Assembly (NCBI GenBank): GCA_003427395.1
Contig: BFEA01000005.1
Span: 6,304,970 to 6,361,307 of the forward strand
Source of the DNA: Chara braunii
Lineage: Eukaryota > Plantae > Charophyceae
Direction: 5' to 3'
Length of the DNA stretch: 56,338 nt
Position 1 is the first letter of the stretch, and every line of letters starts with the position of its first letter. The notes beneath the pieces are model-generated. The model ran no database searches and had not been told where the DNA came from. It saw only the letters and a list, made by a program, of their open reading frames with translations. Shown piece by piece: positions 12,001 through 24,344 of this stretch. Both the position numbers and the translations under genes were made by a program.

Positions 12001-14690
12001 AATAAAAGGAGGGTCAGATATTGCAAGAGCAAAAAGACCAGATGAAAGGATTTCATGCTTCAGAGGGCCTCAGATAAATGATTTATTGGATGAATATGTG
12101 AATTATTTAGACTCAATTATGGTTGGAAAGATAAACAACGACTCAAACACTTTCTATCTTATTATGATACTGACTCGAGGTTGGCTGTCCAAGAGTTGAT
12201 GGAAGGGGCTACAACATGGGAAAAAGTCAAAAAGAGAATGAAAAGAGGATTTGAGAAAGACTTTGTCCCAACCACTACCAAAGATCTTCTCAACATTAGA
12301 AGAGCTACGTATGACACCTTCAATGTCTTCTTCAAACTTTAATCCGAACATCCAGGAGAATCTCATATTTAGATGAGGCTCAGAGATGTCATATTTTTCT
12401 GACTAATTTTACAGATAATGAGAGACAAACTGTTCTCAATCAAGTTCAACACAACCCTCTCAGATGAAATGAAATAGTTGCAATAGTCAGAACTCTGTCT
12501 ACGGTCTCACATTAGAAGTGGTCACTGGATCCGATCAGTACACTGACTAAAGACTGGGAGATTGAAAGCGGTATGAAAAAAAAGAACAATTTGAACGCTG
12601 AGGATATTATTCAATGAGTTATGACCAATATATCTGCTAATCATGTTGTGGATGAAAAAGAGAAAAAAAAGGTTGAAAGTGAAGATGAAGAAGATGATGA
12701 CGATAATGGTTATGGTAAGTGAGGAAATTCCTCCCGGTCAAGAAAGAATGGAGGGAATTGTGGAATAAGGAAATGATAAAGTAGGATGATTGTCCAAGGA
12801 AGAACTTTGTCTACTATTATTGTGGTGAGGGAGGTCATACTACCACTTACTATAAGCCTCTAGAAGATGATGTGAAGAGGGGTTAGCAAAGAAGGATGCA
12901 ATGGGTCATGTCTGTGACAGTTCATGAAACAAATTGTATTCCAGGCATCCGAGACGTATGGGACTTCCTGCCCTTAAACATGAGGAAAAAATGAAGAAAA
13001 AGAAGAAGAGAATGATTAATGTGAATGTCCACTTTCTTATTGGTGAACTACCTGAGGAACTTGTACAAAAACCTGATGATACCTCCGCCATAATTGAGTT
13101 GCCTCTACAGTCTCTAACGTTCTGTCTTACAAGGATCCCCCAAACGAGGCTTCATTATACAAAAAATTTATTACTCAGAGCTCTTCTGAGTTAGTAGCAT
13201 CTTCTTCTGATGAACCTGCTTGCTTTTCAGTCAACATGATGCCTTTCGAGGGTGATCTATCACCAAAACTCATCATGGCGCCCAGTGTAGTGATTGGATA
13301 AATGATCAATCTTCAAGCACGCTTAACGCCTCAAATGATAGAGAAAAAGAAGAGAAGGAAAATCTAAGAGAAACTAAATGAAATTCTTGATGATCAAGAA
13401 CCAAACCCTTTGTCCAGAAAGAATGAACAAGGGAAAAAGAGAAATTCATTCTCAAGAGTGAACTGCAAGATGGAACAGTAATCATTGATGTGATCACAAA
13501 AATGTTAGAGGAAACGGAAGTGACTCTATCATTCAAAAAAGTCACGGCTCTAGCACCGAAGTTGAGGGAAAAACTAAAAAAATTAATTGAAAAGAAAAAG
13601 ATGAAGGTTAACTACCTGGGATCGTCCTTCCTCGCTCAGGTGAAAGATCACTACCGAGTTGTACAATAAGATTCGCAACCATGGGTTGTGGACACTTAAC
13701 TATCTATATTAATTAAGTGAAGATCCGAACCTTGGTAAACTCTGGGGCAGAGATGATTATTCTTTCCTAGAGGACTATGGAGACCTGTGATTTAACTGTT
13801 GATAGACCTACAAAATATATATTAAGCAATATTGTAGAAGAACTCTTCGTGACTGGTTTTATTGATAATTTGCCTATCAAAGTTGGGACGATGTTTGTTG
13901 AACTACTGGGGTTCGTGGTGCCGGAGTTGGACCATGACTGTACTTTAGGCACTCCTTTCTTGCATAGAATGAAAACTATTCAATTCTCCAGTCATGAAGG
14001 GTCATCCAGGATCGGTCTACAAGATCCAGAGACTACCCAAGAACAAACCTTTATGGTCTTTAATTCCCGCAATCATAAGCACCAGTTATCGGTTAACTGA
14101 ATTAAAAGGGAAAAATATGTTGAGAAGATAAGAAAGATAAAGAGGAAAGACAAACAAAAGATTAAAAAAGAAGTCTCAGTGGATATCAATCAGATCTCAA
14201 AGATGATGAAAATTCTTGGCAAACTCAAAGATGAAGATGGACAAATTAAGGCATTCAAAAAAACTGTTGAGACAACTAAGAGTGAAAAATAAAATTAAAG
14301 TTTGCACCAAGCCATCTTTTTTTAGGAAAATAGTCACTGGGTCGAAGAGGAAGTACAAACCCAAGACGGTGGAAAAGAACCGAATGACCGTTTTAATGGA
14401 AAAGGATTATGATGAGACACTGAAAAAGGAAAGAAGAATCATTAAGGCATTAAGGGAGTCAGCAAAATTGGGAAATAGAATCACTAGAAAAAAACTTGAC
14501 ACAATGAGGATAGACTCATACCAGTTCATCACGGGTGCATTTTCGGGTGCATTTTCCTTTAGTGATGAAGAAAGACGGTGGTTGGATGTGGATATGATCA
14601 AGATGACAAAAATTTAGATAGTTGATCATATTCCGTGGAATGACAAACCAACCAAGTATGCCATAGGTGGTAAAGTATCTTGACAAGAAA
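9073..14690 (+). mobile_element. Decayed Ty3/Gypsy LTR-retrotransposon internal region: extra ORF, gag, aspartic protease, start of pol; truncated before the RT core
   Basis: Mutated zinc knuckle YYYCGEGGHTTTYY (12812-12853). Protease LVNSGAE (D to N at 13738) ... LGTPFL (~13945). Pre-RT segment AFSFSDEERRWLDVDMI..DHIPWND (~14550-14645). Many stops. Confidence 0.85.
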
Positions 14691-15970
14691 ATTGTCTCCA
14701 ATGTTCTTGGATCTGCTGATGGACCGTACGCTAACCATTGGTTTTGCTTTTGAAAACGAGGGGGAGGACTGAGATGGATACAAAATGTTCAGAAGCTCAA
14801 CTCAGTGATGATACGTTGTCGGCCCGAATACCCTTACAAGGGTATTTGGACACATTTTTGCATTTTGCAGAAGGTACGTTTTTGACAATACTCGAGAGAG
14901 TGACCCATTTCCGTGTGACCATAACCAACTCTCAGGGGTTGGGAATGACATGGGCTTTTGATCTGATTAGAGAGTGTGTGGGCGTGCACTTCGAGGGCAC
15001 GCATGGGTTTTAGGCGGACATTGGATATGTTTACGAGAACGGTGTCTGCACGTGGTAGCGTGAACTAGAAAGGGAGCGTGAAAAAACTGCAGTAGCACAC
15101 ACGGTGCGCGTTCGCATTCGAGACTGGCAGTTGATGATCGAGGCTAAGATTCAGTTATCGGATCCGTTGACTTACGTGCGACGAGATTAGGACCAGTGAG
15201 GCGCAAAGTGCTTGACTTCCTAGGCTGACCATGATATTGGTCAGCGGTAGAAGACGCGGGCGACACTGTAAAAGTTAAGAGTTTTTCTGACGCTGGGGTG
15301 GTAAAAGTGCAGTCTTTTGGAATGATAACCGAGTGAGAAAGTTGGAGTTTTTGAGTAATGACGCGATTGTGCCGCATGCACGACGGTGGCAGGTAGAACT
15401 GACCCCTTCATACGGCAAGGGCCGACACATAAGAGCCTTAGAGATGACCGATGTGCCTAAGCATGACCTTTAGTACAGTCTGACATGCCTAGGTCTGAAA
15501 TGGACGTCTTTATAACCAAGTCCACGCCTGGTACATTCAAGCTTGGGCCTAGCCCTATACGTTACGACTTTGGACTGACATTACAAAGATCCGGGAATCG
15601 ACGCCAGCAGCCTGCAGCGAAGGAACAGAGAAGCGTCTTATGAAGAAAACTTAGAGGTCGAGGGTCCCGCGGGATTATCCCCCTTAGTTTTGCCAGGGAG
15701 TCCGATCAAGGGACCGATGGGCAAGACCGAGGGTCCGGTTCCGACGGTCCTTCCCCTCCCGTCGCCGTTTTTGTCCCATTTTGGGACGCAGTCCCCGTAC
15801 CAATGTCGGATCTAAGAGCCTAGCTCCGAGAGTACACCCACTAACTGTTGAAATGCAAACCCGTATTCGAACCTAGATGATGAAATTTGATGAGTAAAAC
15901 TAAGTATTTCTGAATTATCGGGGCCTGATCAAATTCACGATGAATATCTCAAGGCCGGTACTTGGTCATA

Positions 15971-16069
15971 GTCCTTCGAGATGTCTGTTAAAATTGGAAC
16001 GATACAGAGAAGGTTAGCATGGTCCATGCACAAGGATGACATACATAAATTGAGAAGTGGTCTGTAATT
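15971..16069 (+). pseudogene. U6: Near full-length U6 snRNA pseudogene
   Basis: TAAAATTGGAACGATACAGAGAAGGTTAGCATGGTCCATGCACAAGGATGACATACATAAATTGAGAAGTGGTC matches plant U6, including the ACAGAGA box and AGC triad. It carries several substitutions, a damaged 5' hairpin and no oligo-T terminator. Confidence 0.9.
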
Positions 16070-17467
16070 CCTCCTTCGCACGTGGTTGCTTATCTACTGC
16101 TCGTTTGGGCCGCTTGCTAGTCGCTGCTCCACAAGAGGTAGAACGCATTGACGCCGACACCAAGACAAGGAGGAGCGTTTGAAGACGATAAGAAGAGAGA
16201 CGTGGTAGGAGGAAGAAGAAGCCATATCTATCTCGTTCCTTGATGGAAACAGGCGATGTGGTGCTCGATCCCGAGGTTTTGGATCTCTGCGATCTTAAAT
16301 CTGTAACTAGATTAGGAGAGAGGTTAGTGGAAGAAGGAGACATTGAAAAAGGAGGTGCGCGATTGAGTCGTGAAAGTCGGTGAAGAGGGAAGACGAGGTG
16401 TAAGTTGTTATTTTTCAGTCGTTCCTTGACCGATTTGGGCAAACCAAGATGCCATCTGTTTTTTTTTTGGCGCATTGTGGAGAGAATGGGAACGCCAAAT
16501 TAATGGTCTGAGCTGCGGATTTGACGACACAGACATCAGGAGCTGCGCCGAGGGGTAAAGGCTGGTATTAAGTTAATATGTGATGCATCTTCCCACGCTT
16601 CGGGGGGAGATTCATTCTCATATATACGCTTGGTGAGGAAAGGAGTGAAGCGTACTCATCCTGCTGAGGTGGTTCGGTTGATTGGTGGCCACTGCTCTTC
16701 ACACTCATATTCGTATTGGCAGTGTATCTTTCCTTGTTATGGCGAAAGATTCATGCAGTTGGGGGAGGATATGAGGCGGTCCTAGTGATACTTGTTGACA
16801 GAGTTGCCATCCTAATCACGTCGCACGCTTTCGTCGCAGTTGCCTTCCTGATCCGGGCAGAAGTCGCCATATCGGTCGTCGCTTGGCGACCGATCCTCTC
16901 CGAGTGCTACCACAAGGGAGGCTGAAGAAGGTGAGAGCCACGTCAGCAACAACATGTTGTCGAAGAAAGCAGGACAAGGCACGGTACGACGGTCCTTGGG
17001 GAGGTCTTCATTTTTGTTTGCAGTCAGGTCGTTATCTTATTCTCCACGATCTTTCTCTATGTTTCGAAGTCAGCACCTTCGTCATAGGTACTGTAATCAG
17101 GCGGGAAACTAGTCCCGACTTTCGGTTGTGTTTGCGGGGCAATGTTATTGGCCATACCTAAAGGAGAGGTTCATCTTATTTCGCATATTTGGTGAGTAAT
17201 GGAGGGCGCTTGTTATAGTGACAACCGTGATCTTCTTCCCCGTTGGATCGTAGTATTGGATGACCCGTGCTAGTGGTTACGATCACGATGACTCACTTTC
17301 TAAGTTCGTCTCTGCGCGCGCCATCACAAAATTCCTCTTCATGCTCCACGACGGTTACTTCCCAACGGAACGTTCATCGACTGACCAGGCAGAGGAGGGA
17401 GTAGCGACCATGCAAGGCTGTGGGCGAGACTGAGCAAGGGAATGCTGAGAATAGGTGCGCACAAGCT

Positions 17468-17470
<3 letters not shown>

Positions 17471-17536
<66 letters not shown>
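17471..17536. repeat. (AG)n microsatellite
   Basis: Seen directly. Confidence 0.98.
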
Positions 17537-17538
<2 letters not shown>

Positions 17539-18650
17539 ACCTTAGGGAGTGGGCGATGTGGATGAACCGAAAGTCAAACTAGAGTGCCAAGTTGAGCTAT
17601 TAGTCGATGGTTTTCGACCGATGAAGGGATTTGTATTTTACCGAAGATTTCATTTACACTTTGCATATTAGTTGGAGCTGCGACGGTGTCCGTAATATGC
17701 ATAGAGATCGTCGTTCTCATTAAGTGGTGCAGTCATCAGCTTGCTAGTCGTAACTTCCTGCTCCTAGATCTTTGTCGTCCCATCGTTCAAAGTTACTGCG
17801 CCTCGATTCCAAGGCCCCAGTCCGCCTCAAAGTCGCTCCAGTTTGCACTATAGTAAGCTTGACCGGGATCGCGACCAGATACGTTGACAGCAAGGAGTGC
17901 GCTCGGGCCTAAGGAAAAGGAGTGAGAAGGGAAAGTAGAGGAAAGTGAGACTAAGTGAAATATAAGGACGGATGTATTAGAGGACGACGGTGAGGGATAG
18001 GAGGTGCAGTTTTTCGATAGAGAAGTAGAAGGACTAGACGGAGGAGAAGAAAAAGAAGAAAGGTAATGAGAGATATAGGAGTGGGACGTACAAACTGGCA
18101 GTGTTGGATGAGATCTGTCGACATGCCTAAGTGAAATGGAATCAAAAGGAAACTCAGATAGGTGCTTACAACGAATACCGACAAGTATATAATAGGTAGA
18201 TCCGCCTAACGTTCTCTCGAAGTAGTCGGGACAGTTGCAAGTTGTATGGTCGACATCCGCCTATACCAATTTGTTCCTGCATAGCCGACTTTTGCATGGA
18301 TTTTCGCTGCTGCCACGGATCGTCTGCCGGGAGTTGCTACTGCACACAACTACGAGGCACGCTGCCGAACTACTGTGTCTAGCTAGGTTTTATCGGGTCT
18401 TGCTGCTGAACTACTGTGTCTGACTGAGTGTTCGCAGGGTCTTGAGGCTGGACGACACTGTGCATCGCCGTGCATCACTACGAATCACCTTTATTCGCGG
18501 CATTTGCAGGGATTATTAGTAGGTATTGCTACTTTGCTTGGCTACTGCTTGCAGACTACTGTGTGCACTGCGGCCTAGCTACGTATTACTCAGTTACGCT
18601 TTCGTTTTGAGTACGACACATGGGTGTGCTCTATTGAAGTGCAGTCTTAA

Positions 18651-18836
18651 ACCACTAGTACCTTTGCCGCTTGGAAAATAGCGGGCCTCGGGTAGGCATC
18701 CGACCTTTTCGGAGGCCGAAACGAAATGACGACCGCCGATCAGATTTATCAATGGCAGTCCTCGTCGGGCCCGACCTCCGAAAATTCAGGCGATTGGGAA
18801 AACAACCATTTTCTACGCGGGAAAGGTACTAGTGGT
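18651..18836. mobile_element. 186-bp MITE with ~30-bp terminal inverted repeats
   Basis: ACCACTAGTACCTTTGCCGCTTGGAAAAT ... ATTTTCTACGCGGGAAAGGTACTAGTGGT, with an inner inverted pair TTTTCGGAGG/CCTCCGAAAA. Flanked by TTAA and TTGA. Not seen in the homologous copy 2. Confidence 0.8.
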
Positions 18837-19459
18837 TTGAGGTCGTGTTTTGCAGCTTGGGCTGAGTTTGAAGCATCGAGATCTAAGGGTGTGACCAGAC
18901 TCTTTAGAGGGGTCATTGTTGCAACGTGGAGGTCGTTAGAGAGCCAATAGCCAACTATTTCACTTCGACCGGTTGCTGCACATTTGTTTGGCCACCATTG
19001 CGGGGCCCTCAGGCGATTGAAGATTGCAAGACCCTCTCTTGTGAGTTGAGTTGTCCCATTCTTGGATGTCGAGAGTCTGACTTATCTCCTTCTACCTTTC
19101 TTACTCTAAGTCTAGTTTGAGGTTACGAGAGGAAGGCGGCAGGTGGGATTGCAACCCGTAGGACTGCAGCAAGACCTTGTGGGAGGTTCACCCACCGATT
19201 GCGGGAGCCTTATAGGAGCCCAGGCGGGGTTCTGGAGGCAGAGAACTCTCAGGTATAAATTCATTTTACACGTGTGATCCCTTCCCATAAACTGTATTAC
19301 CCTTTGCTATTGTGTGCATGTAACTATGACTGAGAAAGTTAATTGCCTTTGTTGGTTTTGAATTCAGGACATGATCTGAAAGGTAAAATTGACAAGTATG
19401 TATGATAAAGTCAAATTATCTGTATGAATTCAGACATAATGAGATCATGACATTATTTG

Positions 19460-21065
19460 TTGTTGTGTTGCGGAGGCTGGGCGAACGCACCTGTTGCTTA
19501 TTTAGGCGGAGCTAGATTACTCATAAGTTGAGTAGCCTGATTCTACGCTATATGTCATTGTATGGGCTGACTAGCCACACCATAAGTTGGTATGTTTTTG
19601 TTATATGTCTTTCGTCGTTTGTTCAGGCAAAGGTTGGACCCCTCATAAGTTGAGGTGGTTTCGTTCTTTGTGTATGCCAAATGTTCAGGCTGACCAACCT
19701 CACCATAAGTTGGTGCATCCCGGTCATACGCCTTATGTCGATTGTTCAGGTAGAAATTCAGAACACCATAAGTTGGTGTGGCTCAGTCCTATGCCTTATG
19801 TTTACTTGTTTTGGCAGGCTAGTCACACCATAAGTTGGTGTGATCAAGTCATGAGCCGCGAACATAAGTGAAACTTGAGTATACTCTGATATAACTATAT
19901 ACTACGTATATCATTGGCAGGCCGGAGACCATAAGTTGAGAGATCTAGCCATATAAGCCAGTAGCAGATAAAGCAGAGGAGAAAATAAGATTCAGAGTAT
20001 AAAATTGAGTGATAACTTTGGGCAGGCTGACTCATCCGTAAGTTGGGTAGTTGGTCCTATGCCCCTGATAACACAAAGGGCAAAAAAAAAATATAAAACT
20101 TGGTTATTTTTCTTTCTAAACATAAGATGATGTTTGGATTGAGATCGTCATAAGTTGAGGTGACCTGACCACTTGTCTGAAGATAGAAAAAACTTGTGAC
20201 TCTACTTATTGAATGTAGTTGTGTTGCGGAGGCTCAGCGGACATATAAGTTGCGGGTTGTTCAGTCACACATGCTTGTTGCTTGTTTAGGCGGACTAGAC
20301 CACTCATAAGTTAAGTAGTCTAGTTCTACGCTATATGTCATCGTGTGGGCTGGCTAGGCACATCATAAGTTGGTGTGTCCTGGTCATATGTCTTTCGTCG
20401 TTTGTTTAAGTAGAGACTGAACCCCTCATAAGTTGAGGTGGCTAAGTTATTTGTGAATACCGAAAGTTTAGGCTGACCAGCCTCACCATAAGTTGTTGTG
20501 GCCCATTCATACGCCTTATGTCACTCGTTCAGGCAGAGGTTAATTACACCATAAGTTGGTGTGGTGAGTTTTATGCCTTATGTTTATTCGTTGAACATGG
20601 TTGTATTGCGAAGGTTGGGCGAACGCATAAGTTGCGGGTTGTTCGGGCATTCGCGCATTTGGTTTTGTCTAGGCTGGGCTGGACTACTCATACTTTGGGT
20701 AGCCTGGTTCTACGCCATATGTCGTTGTATGGGTTGGATAGGCACATCATAAGTTGGTGTGTTCTAGTCATATGCCTCTTGTCGTTGTTAAGGCTAAGGC
20801 TGACCCCTCATAAGTAGAGGAGGTTCGGTTCTTTGTGTATGCCGAACGCTCAGGCTGATCAGCCTCACCATAAGTTAGTGCGGGCCGGTCATACGCCTTA
20901 TATTAATCGTTTAGGCAGAAAGTGATCACACCATAAGTTGGTGTGATTTGGCATTATGCCCTACGCATACTTGTGCTACCAGACTAGGGCACCATAAGTT
21001 GGTGTGGCCTAATCATATAAACTTGCAGGTCAGTCACATCCATAAGTTGGGTTGGCTGATCCTAT
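19460..21065 (+). repeat. Array of ~25 stem-loop units (~60-63 bp period) with conserved CATAAGTTG apex and a ~380-bp higher-order repeat
   Basis: CATAAGTTG or close variants at 19522, 19581, 19644, 19704, 19767, 19829, 19930, 20037, 20149, 20305, 20364, 20427, 20487, 20550, 20626, 20748, 20809, 20869, 20932, 20993 and 21041. Most are flanked by inverted sequence. Confidence 0.92.
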
Positions 21066-23516
21066 GTTAAGTAAGGAAGGGTAAAAAAGAGAATAACGAG
21101 GATTTTTGAACGAATTATATGACCAGGAAAGAAAACCTAAGGGTTGGCGAGAGATGTTGTTGCGCTCACCTATGTATTGTTTTGGGAGACTATCTATGGG
21201 GATTTTTCTTTTGGTAGGATAACTGCTTTAGGTGTTTGCTGAGTGCTGGAGCTATAGGTAGGTGAGATGAATGTTGGGAGGGAAGTTTGGGATAAGATAG
21301 GACTGACCCTACTAGGAGTTAGGATCGGTGTTAGCTCACATTCCATCTTCAAGAAGGAATCGTGCAGACTATCATCAATTCTAACTATCAAGTAAGTGTC
21401 AGAAGATGGTCCCAAGTATAGTTTTGTTTGGTTTTGCATTTTCGGCTTTTGTATAAATCTTGGTTGTCTCCTGTTCCTACGGGAAGCGCAACCGAAATTT
21501 TTACAAATATGAAAAAGTCAGTCATTTTTGGGCTCTTGAAAATTTTAAAAAGACACTTTTCCTACGGAAAGTGCTGCCGAAATTTTATAAAATTTAGGGA
21601 GTTAGAATATTTATGTTAGGAAAAATTTGACAATCAACCCTATCTTGAGGAGATGCGACCAAAATTGTCAGTAATTTCCGGAATCCATTGGAATAAGGCA
21701 AGGGAGAAGTTAGTAGAGGAGTTAGGCCTCGACGTATGGCAGATTCTCCTTAAACATAGTATTGTTCCGTTTTGACCTGGACTGTGAAGTAGGTCTGCGA
21801 ATTCGATTGAAGACTGATTCGTTCGGCCGGATCCTACAGAGGGTCACTATTCTGTTTTCTTTTGATAAAGGGTCGGTTTACGACATAACTTCCCTGCTTC
21901 TGCAACTCAACCTAAGATCTTGGCTCTTATGGGTATTTTTCATTTCTTGGGATTTTCACCCAGTTTTCTTTTTAAGTGGCCATTTCTAAAGACTGAGTAA
22001 CTTTATTGAGAGATGGTGAAATTGGTTGGGCTTGTATGCATAAGGCAGGGTATGAGTCGCAAAAAACAGTAAAGTTGACTCCCTTAGTGCGTGTGATGTT
22101 GTTGTTTGAACTTTGTGTGATCGCAGGTACGCCTATAAGATCTTTGGATTGAGTTTGATGATAGTTTGAGTATTGTTCAAATGTTGATTGACAAGCCGCA
22201 CTACTATGTGAGAGTGATCGTCTGATACCATACAAACTTTTGTTTGACTGTTTGAACCACCTTTGCTTAGCATAACTATAATGGCTGAAGGGAACCCTGC
22301 AGTGGTTGTGAAAAGTGATAGCCTTATATTTTATAACCCCTCGTATACATATATGTATACATTCCCGCTTACATATACATTTAATGCTTGTACGGTCTAT
22401 TGTGACCGCATGCGAGGTTTAAACAAACTATGTCTTGATAGAAAAAAAAATCTCTTTTACGTTTTGTTTTTTAGAGTTATTATGGTTGGACGTTATAGTC
22501 TGTGACAATCGTCAAAGTCAAACCCCTTGATTTTTCTCCATGCACTGGATGATGAAGCTTGTCTCCTAGGCCACGAAAGCTGACTGCCACCACATACCGG
22601 AACCTGTGTACCACCCACTCTCCACAGGGTGCAGAAGAGGGTGTGATGATCAACCGCCTTGGCGGGTTGTCTAGCGTCGAGAGATTAACCCCGCAAGGTG
22701 CGTGTCAGCCGACACTGGAGTGCGAACGTGACCCCCGAGATTATTGAGGGTCGTGTGATTATGGGTACTACATAGTACTCCATCGTTGTGACTGCGTATA
22801 CTTACATTGTTAGTCAAAATGAGAAAAGCCTTGCGCTCGCACAATTTTATAATTGAGTCTCACGCGCGACGCCTAACCGATTGCTGTGTTAGAAGGTTAT
22901 GAGACAGTCGGTCAAAAGAAAAGGCGACGCTTCGCTAAGCCTTTCCCCTGGACACGACTGTCCTAATTGACAGACACTCATATTTTTTTGGATGGGTCAG
23001 ACCTACAAGCCATACTTAGTTTGTAAGGTTTCAACGTTTTACTTTTGTTTCATCTTTGATGCTGTCGTTGTTTTTCTTCTCCTTGCTTTTAATTTATTTT
23101 GGTGGAACGATAAGGTTCCGGGCGAAAGGGTTAGCGTGTCGCTAGTGGGGCGCCATACAACTCACCACCGCTCCAAATTCCTTCCTGCCCTAGACACCAT
23201 CTTACACCGCACCCTTTAGGGCACCGCAGGGTGCAGACGATGACAAGGCTCTAAGGCCGCCTTTGCGCTCACTAAAGGTTTACCCTTTTTAACGCGCTCT
23301 TCAGCCAACACCTGAGCATCGAAAGCGATCCCATGATTTAGATGGAGCCTCACCTTTATGGGCGCTACATAGTACTCCATCATTGCTACTGCTCATGTAT
23401 TCATGCATGGTTGGTCATTATGAGGGAGACTCGTAAAGTAGCGTCCTATTTATACAAAATTCTGCATCTGGCTTTGACGCGCCTTGACGCAAGAAAAGTT
23501 ATGGGTTAAGCGTAGA

Positions 23517-23985
23517 TAAGGACTAGGCGCGATCTACGAGTGAAACTTGGTGATTTGTTCTCTCAGAGAGTATCGTGTGGTTAGAATGGCCGTCCTAGTC
23601 GACCGACGTAGGGTCGCGTTCGAGAGAGCAGCGCCTCTAGCGACGGTTCACGTACGGGTTCGATTCGGGCGTTGACCGCCCGTACCCCCTATGCTACAAC
23701 GAACAAGAAACGCCCTAGGCCGAGCCACCTCTACGATTGCATATGAAAAACTTTTGCACGTGGTTTGGTAGCTCGACGAGGATACGCCCACCCAAGGAAT
23801 GGTGACAACTCATGCGGGTAGGAGGTAACTTGTGCCTCACGTGACCCTATCCTGTCATAGGGGCGCTCGAGAGGTACATCTAGGTTACTCGGCTGGAGCG
23901 ACAAACTGCACTTTACGGCGAAGTCCTGCAAAATCCTGCGTGACGTGGCTGGGAGGGTCCCCCCGCGGGATCGATGCGCTCAACA
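23517..23985 (+). mobile_element. 3' part of the 5' LTR of a Gypsy element (the LTR probably extends further left)
   Basis: Ends ...GCGCTCAACA, followed 2 nt later by a PBS. Homologous to 2672-3163. The upstream region has an internal ~600-bp-offset duplication (CTACATAGTACTCCATC at ~22768 and ~23365). Confidence 0.75.
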
Positions 23986-23987
23986 GG

Positions 23988-24006
23988 TGGCGCCATCGCC
24001 ATGGAT
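23988..24006 (+). promoter_or_regulatory. Degenerate tRNA-Asp-type primer-binding site
   Basis: TGGCGCCATCGCCATGGAT versus the canonical TGGCGCCGTTGCCGGGGAT. Lies between an LTR end and gag. Confidence 0.7.
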
Positions 24007-24344
24007 CTGGGCTGCCTACCGGGGTCCTTAGAGAACGAACCCAGGTTAAGTGCAGACTGATGATCCAGACAAAACGACAAACCTTATGTTTGAACTATCT
24101 TAGAGGCGTATGTGGTATGTAAATCATGGTACTGATGGTGATGTATGTGGTAAGAGTGGGTGATTAGGAATATGACCAAGGATATACCTATGTCCCTGAG
24201 TAATTAGCAATAGTTAATAGATCAAAGGGGAAATATACTTAGTAGGAAACGATTGGTTGTGATTTAGATGGAGTGCATAAAGAGTTGATGGGATATTAAT
24301 GGGCTATCTTTTTACTCCCTACAGGTTCTAAGAAAGGGATAGAA

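Larger units (their letters stand above)
18050..21715 (+). mobile_element. Large non-coding LTR-like element, copy 1 (left boundary approximate; strand arbitrary)
   Basis: Reverse-complement homology to 26542-29320 along its length. The terminus GAAGTTAGTA (21706-21715) corresponds to GAAGTGAGCA in copy 2. Confidence 0.75.

Noticed and set aside
19460-21065. CRISPR array
   Set aside because: The conserved core is only 9 bp, the intervening sequences are related to each other and pair across the core, there are no cas genes, and the context is eukaryotic TE DNA.
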